This document shows, one piece after another, positions 1 through 8,447 of a stretch of DNA of 64,000 nt. Made by a program: the position numbers and the translations under genes. The stretch's first letter is position 1. The number at the start of each line of letters is the position of its first letter. Under the pieces are notes generated by a model. That model was not told where the DNA came from. It saw only the letters and a list, made by a program, of their open reading frames with translations, and searched no databases. This stretch comes from Polyangia bacterium (GTDB lineage: Bacteria; Myxococcota_A; Polyangia; JAAYKL01), in NCBI GenBank assembly GCA_046484285.1, contig JAWOBP010000186.1, forward strand, positions 10,178-74,177, in the 5' to 3' direction.

Positions 1-601
1 AGCCCATCCCCGCGGTCCTGGGCGTGGTGAACTTGCGCACCGCGGCGTAGGCCGCCGGCTGGTACATGCCGTAGCCGATCACCACCAGCAGGATCCCGCC
101 CATGGTGACCAGGTGCAGCGGCGACCACAGCCCGGCCGGCTCCAGGCCCAGCAGGTTGGGCGAGCCCGAGATCAGGACCCGTCCGCCCAGCATCAGGATG
201 AAAGAGCCGACCAGCGCGAAGCGCACGCCCTTCTTGTCGACAACGAAGCCGAGGAAGAACATCGAGATCGTGATCCCCGCGGTCAGCGCGCCGACCATCC
301 GGTGCGACCAGACGTCGGCGTTCTCCACTCCCTGGAAAACGAAGTCGGAGAAGTGGATCGCCAGGTAGCCCAGCATCCCGAAGTAGACCATCCCCTCCAG
401 CAGGTAGGAGAGGTTGACGCCCCACAGGGCGCGCGGGGCGCGCACCAGGTCAATGAACGGCTGGACCAGCTCGCGCGCCGGGCTAGGCTTGTGCTGCGCC
501 GGTGCGCCCTGATCTCCGGAGCTTTCGGGAGAGTCTCCTCCACCTCCCGCGGGCTGGCCGGTCTCGATCTCGGAATCGGAATCGCGCGTCTCGTTGCTCA
601 T
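1..601 (-). CDS. MFS-type membrane transporter, N-terminal part (gene runs off the window start)
   Basis: Reverse translation from ATG (599-601) gives MSNETRDSDSEIETGQ... followed by hydrophobic helices and an MFS motif-A-like loop (GFVVDKKGVRFALVG); no stop before position 1. Not in ORF track because it is open-ended. Confidence 0.5.
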   Translation of the reverse strand, partial: MSNETRDSDSEIETGQPAGGGGDSPESSGDQGAPAQHKPSPARELVQPFIDLVRAPRALWGVNLSYLLEGMVYFGMLGYLAIHFSDFVFQGVENADVWSHRMVGALTAGITISMFFLGFVVDKKGVRFALVGSFILMLGGRVLISGSPNLLGLEPAGLWSPLHLVTMGGILLVVIGYGMYQPAAYAAVRKFTTPRTAGMG

Positions 602-716
602 CTGTCTCGTGCTCCTCGAAGGTCGGGGGCTCGTCGAAGCACAATTGATCCCCACGAAAAGGGCCCGGCGTCAAGCTGTCCGAACCCCTTCATCCCCTAC
701 GCCTGCTCGCAGACCG

Positions 717-2039
717 TCAGTTGCGGGGCGAGCGGTCGGAGATCTGGAGCGCCCACTTCCACGCCGGTACGACCTCGATGCGGGCGCTGCCCTCCTGGAC
801 GGTGTCCTCCTCCTCGAGCGTGACGAGCGTCGCGGTGCGCAGCCCGAGCTCGGCCATCGCCTCGCTGAGCGCCCGCCGCTCGCGGGTCGCGGTCTCGCGG
901 TCGGAGAGGGACGCGGCGACCCCGACGAGCGCCGGATCGCCGCCGTCGAAGCTCGCGATGAAGTCCACCTCGAAGCCGCCCCGCGTCTGATAGTACGAGA
1001 TCGCGCTCGAAGACCGCCGCAGGTGGTCGAAGACGAAGGTCTCGAGCTGGCGTCCGAGATCCGCCGACGGGCTCGAGCGGTAGGCCGTCGCCAGGCCCGG
1101 ATCCACGGGGTAGACCTTGCGCGGATTCACGCGGCGGACGCGCTCGGAACGGGAGTGGATCGCGATAGCCGAAACGAGGTACGCGTCGACGAGCTGATCG
1201 AGATGCTCGTAGATCGCGTTCTTGGTGCACGTGACCCCCTGCGACCTCAGGTCGTTGTAGAACTTGTTCACGCTGAAACGCGAAGCCGGCTCGGCCAGGA
1301 GCTTGTGCGTCAGGATCCGCAGCGGCAGGACGTTGCGCACGAGGTGGCGCTCGACCACGTCTTTGTACACGACCAGGTCCACGTATTCTTGCAAGATACG
1401 CGTGCGCAGGTGGCCGGCGACTCCCTGGACCTCGGGGAAGCCGCCGACCGCGAGGTACCCGCGCAGCGCGTTGGTGAGTCGGGCGCGCGCGCGGGAGCCC
1501 GCTGGTCGTCTTCCGGGCGGCTCGACGCCGCCGTGGGCCAGCGCCTCGGCGAAGTCGAAGGGGAATATCTCGGTCGCCAGCGAGCGCCCCCGCAGCGAGG
1601 TGGCGATCTCGCGGCTCAACAGCTTGGCCGAGGATCCCGTGATCGCTATCTGGGCGTTTTCGGTGTCGAGGAGGCGCCTGGCGAAAGCCTCCCAGCCGTC
1701 GATATTCTGAATCTCGTCGAAGAAGAAGTGACAGCGGCGGTCCTTGAGCTCGGGGTAGAGCCGGTAGTAGACCTCGGTCACCCGGCCGAGCTCCTCGAGG
1801 CGCATCCGCCTCAGGCGGTCGTCGTCGAAGTTGACGTAGAGGAGAGATTCCTTGGGAACCCCCTCTTCGAGCAGCTCCCGCATCCGCTGGAAAAGGAAAG
1901 TGGTCCTTCCGCTGCGGCGCATGCCGATGATCGAGTCGATCTTCCCGTAAAGCGCCGGCAGGACGGTCGAGCGCGGCGTCAGCGCCGGGAGCTCTCGCTC
2001 GTGAAAGTCGCCGATCAGTTTCTCGATGAGAGCGTCCAT
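717..2039 (-). CDS. AAA+ ATPase, DUF4143-type (archaeal-ATPase-like) ATP-binding protein
   Basis: 440-aa ORF; Walker A GMRRSGRTT, conserved HFFFDEIQ (Walker B-like) and C-terminal DUF4143-like region; AT-rich leader just upstream (2040-2110). Confidence 0.8.
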   Translation of the reverse strand: MDALIEKLIGDFHERELPALTPRSTVLPALYGKIDSIIGMRRSGRTTFLFQRMRELLEEGVPKESLLYVNFDDDRLRRMRLEELGRVTEVYYRLYPELKDRRCHFFFDEIQNIDGWEAFARRLLDTENAQIAITGSSAKLLSREIATSLRGRSLATEIFPFDFAEALAHGGVEPPGRRPAGSRARARLTNALRGYLAVGGFPEVQGVAGHLRTRILQEYVDLVVYKDVVERHLVRNVLPLRILTHKLLAEPASRFSVNKFYNDLRSQGVTCTKNAIYEHLDQLVDAYLVSAIAIHSRSERVRRVNPRKVYPVDPGLATAYRSSPSADLGRQLETFVFDHLRRSSSAISYYQTRGGFEVDFIASFDGGDPALVGVAASLSDRETATRERRALSEAMAELGLRTATLVTLEEEDTVQEGSARIEVVPAWKWALQISDRSPRN

Positions 2040-2252
2040 ATCAAGCTTTTATCACTTTTTTAAAGATAAACAAGCGCTTTTTTCGGGTTAAAAGAAAGAA
2101 AGTTGTACCCGCGAGCCCTGGGGGAGCGACCTGTCTCCCTACTCGAAGTGCTTCGCTGTCAGACCAGCTCGTAGCCGCGCGTGGAGAAGCGCCAACAGGG
2201 CCGACGTGTCCACGCAGACAGCGCTCAAGAGCACCATTAGTCAGACCTGTTG

Positions 2253-2657
2253 TCAGGCATCGTGACGGTCGAGATGCTCCGTTGCTCCGTGAATGGGGAT
2301 TCCCTGGTACGAGCCGAGAGCCTTCAGGTGGTGGTCGCCCGAGACGATTACATCGGCTCGACCCTTCACGGCACAGGCGAGCACCACGTCGTCGTCCGGA
2401 TCCTCCGCGATGACAGCCGGTACCAGGCCGGGTTCGGCACGATCGGCGATCTGGAGCAACTCAGAGGTGATCATCCGAGCCTCTCGCTCAAAGAAGCCGA
2501 ACCTGGGGCGGGCGAGGACCGCTTCGATCTCGGCGACGAGAGCGGAGCAGGTCACGAGCAGATCCTGGCCCCTGATGCACCGTCCGAGGACCGCGCGCGG
2601 TTTGCCGCCGAACACCACCGCGGAGACGATGACGTTCGTGTCGAGCACGACCCTCAC
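2253..2657 (-). CDS. PIN-domain toxin of type II TA module
   Basis: 134 aa, MRVVLDTNVIVSA... with the acidic residues typical of PIN nucleases (D6, E43-like, D98-like); start overlaps upstream antitoxin stop by 4 nt (ATGA). Confidence 0.8.
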   Translation of the reverse strand: MRVVLDTNVIVSAVVFGGKPRAVLGRCIRGQDLLVTCSALVAEIEAVLARPRFGFFEREARMITSELLQIADRAEPGLVPAVIAEDPDDDVVLACAVKGRADVIVSGDHHLKALGSYQGIPIHGATEHLDRHDA

Positions 2658-2905
2658 GAACGTTGCCGCTTTTCGGCGCGGTGAGCCGCAATCTCGCTTT
2701 CGACCTCCTCCTCCGTGAGGTTCCCTGCCTCGCGTCGCGCGTCACCGAGCCCGAAGACGGCGTCCCAGCGGAGCCGCCGGTCGAGGTATGCGCGCAGAGC
2801 CTCACGGACCAGCTCGCTGCGGCTGCGCGATTCCCTCTTGGCGACGCGATCGGCCTGCTCGAGGAGCTCCCTCGGGAACGAGATGTTGACGGTGCTGGCG
2901 CCCAT
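2654..2905 (-). CDS. ribbon-helix-helix (CopG/Arc-type) antitoxin
   Basis: 83-aa C-terminal part of a long artefactual ORF: MGASTVNISFPRELLEQADRVAKRESRSRSELVREALRAYL (RHH fold signature); AGGAGG 4-5 nt upstream of ATG; 4-nt overlap with PIN gene. Confidence 0.7.
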   Translation of the reverse strand: MGASTVNISFPRELLEQADRVAKRESRSRSELVREALRAYLDRRLRWDAVFGLGDARREAGNLTEEEVESEIAAHRAEKRQRS

Positions 2906-2975
2906 GATGCCTCCTGCGCTACACGACATAGTATATACAAGCTTTGTATGTGCGTCAAGGAAAACCGCCTCCGTC

Positions 2976-3002
2976 GGGCTCGGTGGGCTCGGTGGGCTCG
3001 GG
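2976..3002. repeat. tandem 9-bp repeat (GGGCTCGGT x3)
   Basis: Read directly: gggctcggtgggctcggtgggctcggg, intergenic between RHH gene and four-helix-bundle gene. Confidence 0.8.
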
Positions 3003-3081
3003 TGTCCCCATGTCGAGCTGCCGAGGCTCCTTTCGCGACCGGTCCTCCTCCTCGGCAGACCATGGTCCGACCGTCCAACCC

Positions 3082-3125
3082 TCCGACCCGTCCGACCCGT
3101 CCGACCCGTCCAACCTGTCCAAACT
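3082..3125. repeat. tandem 9-bp repeat (TCCGACCCG x3 plus two degenerate units)
   Basis: tccgacccgtccgacccgtccgacccgtccaacctgtccaaac, immediately 3' of the four-helix-bundle gene stop (3129). Confidence 0.8.
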
Positions 3126-3128
3126 CTT

Positions 3129-3677
3129 CTATCCCCTACTGCGTCGCCTGGTGCGGTACAGCCGCTCTGTGAAGCCGCCGCCCCGAACCAGCCTGAGCTC
3201 CAGGCCGCGGATCTGCCGGCCGAGAAGGTAGCTGGCCTGGTTGGCCAGGCAGAGCAGGACGTTGGCCGCCGGCTCGGGAGGAAGAGTGGACAGGTCCGAC
3301 CTGTCCGACCTGTCCGACGCCCTGTACCACCCCCGGACCGCGAGGGCCTGTTCGGACTCGGGCGCCCACTGCCGCAGGCCCCGCTGCCGCAGAAAGTCCT
3401 CGTAGTCCAGGATAAGCTCCTCGATGCTGGCGCGGGCCACGCCGGTGAGCTTGATCTCCATCTTCTGCGAGGTGGCCGACGCCATGCTGCCCTCGGCGAT
3501 GTTCTGTACCCCCGAGCGGGCGGCCTGGACCATCTGGTCGCGGGTTCGCGAGAACCTGTCGACGAAGCGGTCGCAGAAAACGACGGTGCCGTCGTATACC
3601 AGCCGGGCGCAGCGAAAGCTGAGCAGCTTGCGGTAACCCCCGTGGGGCAGGACGAGCTTCGGAGAATCGGTCGACAT
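3129..3677 (-). CDS. four-helix-bundle protein (23S rRNA intervening-sequence protein family) with internal SDR-repeat insertion
   Basis: MSTDSPKLVLPHGGYRKLLSFRCARLVYD...AARSGVQNIAEGS...IEELILDYEDFL matches the conserved core of this family; GGAGG 6 nt upstream of ATG (3675-3677); CDS contains the 9-bp x3 repeat coding SDRSDRSD. Confidence 0.6.
   Translation of the reverse strand: MSTDSPKLVLPHGGYRKLLSFRCARLVYDGTVVFCDRFVDRFSRTRDQMVQAARSGVQNIAEGSMASATSQKMEIKLTGVARASIEELILDYEDFLRQRGLRQWAPESEQALAVRGWYRASDRSDRSDLSTLPPEPAANVLLCLANQASYLLGRQIRGLELRLVRGGGFTERLYRTRRRSRG
3294..3320. repeat. tandem 9-bp repeat (GTCCGACCT x3) inside CDS
   Basis: gtccgacctgtccgacctgtccgacgc; same GTCCGACC core as the 3082-3125 repeat; encodes SDRSDRSD on minus strand. 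Confidence 0.8.
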
Positions 3678-4338
3678 GAAAAACCTCCTTTGGAGGTAGA
3701 TATCGACCGTTCGGGCCGAAGAGTTGCAAAAAAGATCGTCTTCGCGGTGCTGGTGCTGCTGGCCAGCTCGCCGGGAAAGCGGCGGAGCGTCGATGAGATA
3801 GAGGAGTGGCTGGCGGGCATCGGCGCCTCGCTGCCGGCGGAGCTGTCCAACGAGTGGGTTCTGCGCGACAGGTTGCTGCAGCCGTTTCGGCGATCGCTCG
3901 ACGGCGGGGCGGAGACGACCAGCGGCGAGATCGAGAGGCTGGTGGCGATCGATTCCAAAGGCGGTCTCGAGCTGTCCCTCGACCCGGCGAGAGTCGCGAT
4001 CGTGGGCTTCGAGCGTCCCGCTCCGGCCTGCTGACATCCCGGACCCCATCCGGCGAAATCCTTTCGCCAGAGGAGGCCCGGCAACCACGGCTGGACGAGA
4101 CCTCCGGCGCTGTACCGCGGGGACGAGCCCCGCGGCCACGAGGCCCGCCTTCGCCCGGGCGCAGGCGGGCAGCCCCTGCGGGCAAGGCCCCCCGGCCCCC
4201 TTTCCCGCCAGCGGAAAAGGGGGAGTCTGTGTGCCGGGAATCCGAGGGAGGGGAATGGGCCCGCGGGGGAGGGCCGGGGGAGGGCCGAAGAGACGGGCGG
4301 ACGGAAGGCTCCTTTCGCAGTGGCGCCGGCTTCCGACC

Positions 4339-6450
4339 TCAGGCGGCGGAGACGTCCTTTGCCTCCTTGGACCAGACGCGCACCTGGTTGCGGCCGCTCT
4401 GCTTGGCCACGTACAAGGCGGCGTCGGAGCGCTCGATCAGGGTCTGCTTGTCGCGCGCCATCTCCGGGAAGGTGGCGACGCCCATCGACATCGTGACGCG
4501 CAGCTCTCCGTTTTCGGTGTGGAAGACCTGCGACTCGAAGTCGGCGCGAATCCGCTCGGCTAGCTTGAGCGCTCCCTCGGTGCCGGTCCCGCCGCAGACC
4601 ACGGCGAACTCCTCTCCGCCGTACCTCGCGGGCAGGTCGGTGTCGCGCACCACGTTGCGCCGCAGCACGTCGGCCAGGCCGCGCAGCACCACGTCGCCCA
4701 CCGGGTGGCCGTGGGTGTCGTTGACGCTCTTGAACTTGTCCACGTCGCCGAGCACGATCGAGACCCGGTTGCCGAAGCGGTTGGCCGCCGCCAGCTGGCG
4801 GTCCAGCTCCTCCTGGAAGACGCGGTGGTTGGGCAGCCCGGTCAGGCCGTCGGTGGTCGCCATCTCCTCGAGGCGCTGCACCATGCGGGCGTTTTGCAAG
4901 GCGATCCCGAGCTGGTTGGTCATCACCTGCATGGTGGTGCGGATCGCCTCTCCGTAGGCCGACGGCTCGGCCGTGGCCAGCGCCAGCACGCCGACCGGAC
5001 GATCGCCGGATATCAGCGGCAGCACCAGCGCCGAGCGCATCTTGGAAAAGACGCGCTGGGTCTTGCGGGAGAAGACCACCTGCCGGGTGGGATCGAGCTG
5101 GCCGCGATACGGCAGGAAGTGGCGGTTCTTCAGCGCGCAGGCCGCCAGGCTGGAGCCCGCCGTCGGCCGCACGCCGACGAGCGCCTCGGCGCCCTCGCCC
5201 GCGGCCTTGCGCACTCTCAGCTTGCCGTTTTCCTCCAGCGCCACGGCCGCGACGTCGAACGAGGCGATCTGGGCGGCCGCGTCGAGCGCGGCGTCGACCA
5301 CGTCGTCCTCGTTCAGGGCCCGGGACAGCGAGCTGGAGGCTCCCAGCAGCTTGGACTGCTCGGACTTGGCGCGCTGAAGCTGGGAGAAGAGACGCTCGTT
5401 GGCGATGATCTGCAAGATGCCGTCCACCGCGGCTCCGAGCGTCTCCACGTCGCTCTTGTCGAACTTGCAGTCGCCCAGCCGGTCGGCGCACAAGACGCCG
5501 CGCAGGCTGCCCGACTCCAGGACCGGCACTCCCAAAAAATCGGTCGCGGTCGAGCCGCCGTCGTAGTAGGCCAGCCCTGAGAAACCGGGCTTGAGCCTGT
5601 CCAGCACCACCGGCGAGCGGCGCTGCAAGACGGCGCCCGGCGCTCCCGCGCGGGCATCGAGGCGCCTGGGCGCGATGTTGTCCGCGTCGGTGACGCACTC
5701 CAGGATGCGCAGCTCCGTGCCGCCGGCGTCGAGCCACAGCAAAAGGCAGGTGTGCAGCCTCATCGTGCTCTTCAACAGGTCGATGTGCTGGTACATCGCG
5801 CGGCGCACCTCGCCCACGGTGCAGCGCGAGAGCCGGGCCTCCTCTTCGGCGCGGCTCGAGGCGGCCGACTGGCCGCTGGCCGGAGCGGTGAGACGGAAGT
5901 CGCGGGCGTCCGCGGCGATGTCGCTCTCGGCGCGCGCGATTTGGGCGGTGGCGCGGCGGCGCATTCTCGACAGCTCGGTGCGGGTGAAGACCAGGTTGAT
6001 CACGGCGAAGGCGACCACGAACAGGGCGTGGATCGACGACTGCACGATCGCGCCCTCGGTCGGATCGATCGCGACCATCGCCGTCTCGATTCCGATCGTG
6101 ACCGCCACCAGCGTGAAGCCGACCCACTGGCGCGTGTAGACCACCAGGAAGGCCACCAGCACGAACACGACCGGGTAGACGGTGGAGGAAAGCCCGCCGA
6201 GAATCTGAACGCCGGCGTGCACGGCCGCGACCAGCAGCAGACCCAGCTCGAGCTCCCCCTTGCCCGCCTGTGTCTCGCACTCGGGCGGCGAGCCGAAGCG
6301 GCGCCAGGCGCGCAGGCCGAACACCAGCGCCCAGAGGCCGAGCAGGATCAGCGCCGCCGGCAGGCGCCGCGGGTGATCCGCCGCCTCGGAGAAGACCCCG
6401 CCCACCACTGCGGCGGCGAAGGCGCCGGCGAACAGGAACGTTCGCGACAT
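4339..6450 (-). CDS. membrane-anchored diguanylate cyclase (N-terminal TM region, two GAF-like domains, GGDEF domain)
   Basis: C-terminal RYGGEEF motif with preceding LTGLPN/DVDKFK; central GAF-like segments; start chosen at MSRTFLF (ATG 6448-6450) where TM helices begin; ORF is open up to 6606 so start is uncertain. Confidence 0.8.
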   Translation of the reverse strand: MSRTFLFAGAFAAAVVGGVFSEAADHPRRLPAALILLGLWALVFGLRAWRRFGSPPECETQAGKGELELGLLLVAAVHAGVQILGGLSSTVYPVVFVLVAFLVVYTRQWVGFTLVAVTIGIETAMVAIDPTEGAIVQSSIHALFVVAFAVINLVFTRTELSRMRRRATAQIARAESDIAADARDFRLTAPASGQSAASSRAEEEARLSRCTVGEVRRAMYQHIDLLKSTMRLHTCLLLWLDAGGTELRILECVTDADNIAPRRLDARAGAPGAVLQRRSPVVLDRLKPGFSGLAYYDGGSTATDFLGVPVLESGSLRGVLCADRLGDCKFDKSDVETLGAAVDGILQIIANERLFSQLQRAKSEQSKLLGASSSLSRALNEDDVVDAALDAAAQIASFDVAAVALEENGKLRVRKAAGEGAEALVGVRPTAGSSLAACALKNRHFLPYRGQLDPTRQVVFSRKTQRVFSKMRSALVLPLISGDRPVGVLALATAEPSAYGEAIRTTMQVMTNQLGIALQNARMVQRLEEMATTDGLTGLPNHRVFQEELDRQLAAANRFGNRVSIVLGDVDKFKSVNDTHGHPVGDVVLRGLADVLRRNVVRDTDLPARYGGEEFAVVCGGTGTEGALKLAERIRADFESQVFHTENGELRVTMSMGVATFPEMARDKQTLIERSDAALYVAKQSGRNQVRVWSKEAKDVSAA

Positions 6451-6692
6451 GCGCCAGCCGCGCCTGATGCCGTAGATGGTGTGCTCCAGGGTCGTCACTC
6501 GGGCGCTCCGAGCATCAAGGTATCGCTCGCGCCCCGGCGCGGTCAAAAATTCGGCCGTGTTGGGACAGATGAGCTCTATGTGGCGTCGGCGACACAAGAC
6601 GCTCATGGGTTTTTGTCTGGTTGAATTTTTTTGACACCAACGACCGTCTTTTTGGCTATACTACGGGTCGGGGCAGTGGGTGAGGAGGTCTC

Positions 6693-8447
6693 GTGGACAG
6701 CCCGAGCAAGAGGATCGAGCTGGTTCGCAGTGATTCGGAAGCCGCCGGGGAGCACGAAGGCGGCGGCCGCGAGACGGCTAGTTACAGCTTCCGCATTCTC
6801 CAGTCGGCGGCTCGCTACGTGAAAGAGAGCTTCGGCGCCGACGAGCTGGAACGCATCGCCCGGGAGGCCGGAATCTCCGCGGATCAGCTTGATGGGGGAG
6901 ATTACTGGGGCACTGTCGAGCAGCTGAACGAGTTCAACAAGAAACTACGCGCGCTGGTGGATTCTGACGAGGAGTACCGGCGGGCCCATACATACAAGCT
7001 CAAGGAATCGTACGGACCGCTGCGGTTTTTCTTGCGAGCGCAGGCGCCGGCTCGGGTCTACGAGATGGCGGCGCGTCATTTCGGCGCAATATCGACAGTC
7101 AGCAGCGGAGAGGTGGATTTGGATTCGGGGCGGAACCGCATCGTGTTGAGGTATCGATCGACCGAGCCGGAGAGCCGCCTGATGTGCATCAGCCGCCAGG
7201 CCCAGAGCGCGGCGCTGCCGACCCTGTGGGGATTGCCCCCGGCGCACCTGGAGGAGCGCTGTTGCATCTGCAACGGCGATGATCGCTGCGAGTACGTGTT
7301 GAAAATCTACGAAGCCCGCCGCTGGCTGCCGCAGCTGGCCGGGGCCGCGCTGGGCGCGCTCGGCGCCCTGGCAGCCGTGGCGGCCGGCGCGCAGGCGGTG
7401 CCGGTCGGCGTGCTGTGGGCGGCGCTGCCCTCGATCGGCCTGCTCGTCGGTCACCTCTACGAGTTGCGCCGCACCAACAAGGTCAATTTCGAGATGGGCG
7501 AGGAGATCGGCGACGAGCTGCGGCGGCTGCTGCGCGAGCACGTCGGCGCCCGGCGCGAGATCTACGAGCTGCACCAGCGCCAGCGCGAGTGGAGCCTGGA
7601 GCTGGAGAAGCAGGTCGCCGAGCGCACCGGCGCGATGCGGGAGGTGCTCTCCCGCCTGCGCAATCTCAAGGTCGAGCGCCAGTCCACGCTGCGCGGCTTC
7701 TCCCACGACCTGCGCAACCCCTTGCAGACGCTGACCGCGACCAACCAGCTGCTGACCGAGGAGGCCGCCGGCGCGGGCGAGGAGACCCGCGCGCTTCTGG
7801 AGGAGCAGCGGATCGGGATCGAGTCGCTGACCGTGATGCTCGACGACCTGGTCCAGTTCGCCTCGGCCGAGGGCGGGCTGCGCCTCAAGCCCAAGACGAT
7901 CGAGATCCCTCCGCTGGTGGACTCGCTGCGCCGCCGGCTGCGCGCGCTGGTGCAGGGGCGGGACATCCGGGTCAGCGTGATGTCGAACCGCGAGGCGCCG
8001 GATCGAATCGAGATGGATCAGATGGTGCTCGATCGGGTGGTCGACAACCTGCTGACCAACGCGGCCAAGTACACGTCGCGCGGCAGCATCGTGGTGGAGC
8101 TGGACGGCAAGCCCGGCTTTCTGACCCTCAAGGTCTCGGACACCGGGCGCGGGATCGACAAAAATCAGATCGAGCAGGTCTTCCACCCGGGCGGATCGCC
8201 GCCCGAGCTGCGCGCCTCGCGCAGCCTGGGCGTCGGCCTCTCGGTGGTGGTGCGCCTGCTGGCCCAGATCGGCGGCAGGCTGGAGGTGATGTCCCTGCCC
8301 GACAAGGGCACCACCTTCTGGGCCCATTTTCCGGTCGAGGTGGAGGCCGCCGTCGTGCAGACCGGCGCCGAACAGCCCCGCGGAGAGGCGGCCGCCGATG
8401 ACCCGGTGGCCGAGGTGGTCACGATCCGCCGCGCGGAGGGCGAATGA
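6693..8447 (+). CDS. sensor histidine kinase (HisKA + HATPase_c) with unusual N-terminal Cys-containing sensor domain
   Basis: H-box FSHDLRNPL, N/G boxes (DNLLTNAAKYT, DTGRGID, GVGLSVV); N-terminal approx 200 aa with CCICNGDDRCEY; GAGGAGG 6 nt before GTG start; TM segment mid-protein. Confidence 0.85.
   Translation: MDSPSKRIELVRSDSEAAGEHEGGGRETASYSFRILQSAARYVKESFGADELERIAREAGISADQLDGGDYWGTVEQLNEFNKKLRALVDSDEEYRRAHTYKLKESYGPLRFFLRAQAPARVYEMAARHFGAISTVSSGEVDLDSGRNRIVLRYRSTEPESRLMCISRQAQSAALPTLWGLPPAHLEERCCICNGDDRCEYVLKIYEARRWLPQLAGAALGALGALAAVAAGAQAVPVGVLWAALPSIGLLVGHLYELRRTNKVNFEMGEEIGDELRRLLREHVGARREIYELHQRQREWSLELEKQVAERTGAMREVLSRLRNLKVERQSTLRGFSHDLRNPLQTLTATNQLLTEEAAGAGEETRALLEEQRIGIESLTVMLDDLVQFASAEGGLRLKPKTIEIPPLVDSLRRRLRALVQGRDIRVSVMSNREAPDRIEMDQMVLDRVVDNLLTNAAKYTSRGSIVVELDGKPGFLTLKVSDTGRGIDKNQIEQVFHPGGSPPELRASRSLGVGLSVVVRLLAQIGGRLEVMSLPDKGTTFWAHFPVEVEAAVVQTGAEQPRGEAAADDPVAEVVTIRRAEGE

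Noticed and set aside
3747-4034. Possible 95-aa plus-strand ORF (VLVLLASSPGKRRSVDEIEEWLAG...) divergent from the four-helix-bundle gene
   Set aside because: High GC3 but no ATG, no RBS, GTG start only, no recognisable motif; cannot be distinguished from an open frame in GC-rich DNA.
4195-4232. Imperfect inverted repeat ccccctttccc...ggaaaaggggg about 110 nt downstream of the GGDEF gene stop
   Set aside because: Imperfect stem, not followed by a U-tract on the relevant strand; may be a terminator or protein-binding site but evidence is weak.
2654-6280. 1208-aa minus-strand ORF (and similar giant ORFs such as 15644-22252 plus strand, 26499-30089 minus strand, 23993-26812 minus strand, 61749-63497 minus strand)
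   Set aside because: Arg/Gly/Pro-rich low-complexity translations antisense to clearly recognisable genes; typical open-frame artefacts of high-GC DNA. Only the last 83 codons of 2654-6280 (the RHH antitoxin) are real.
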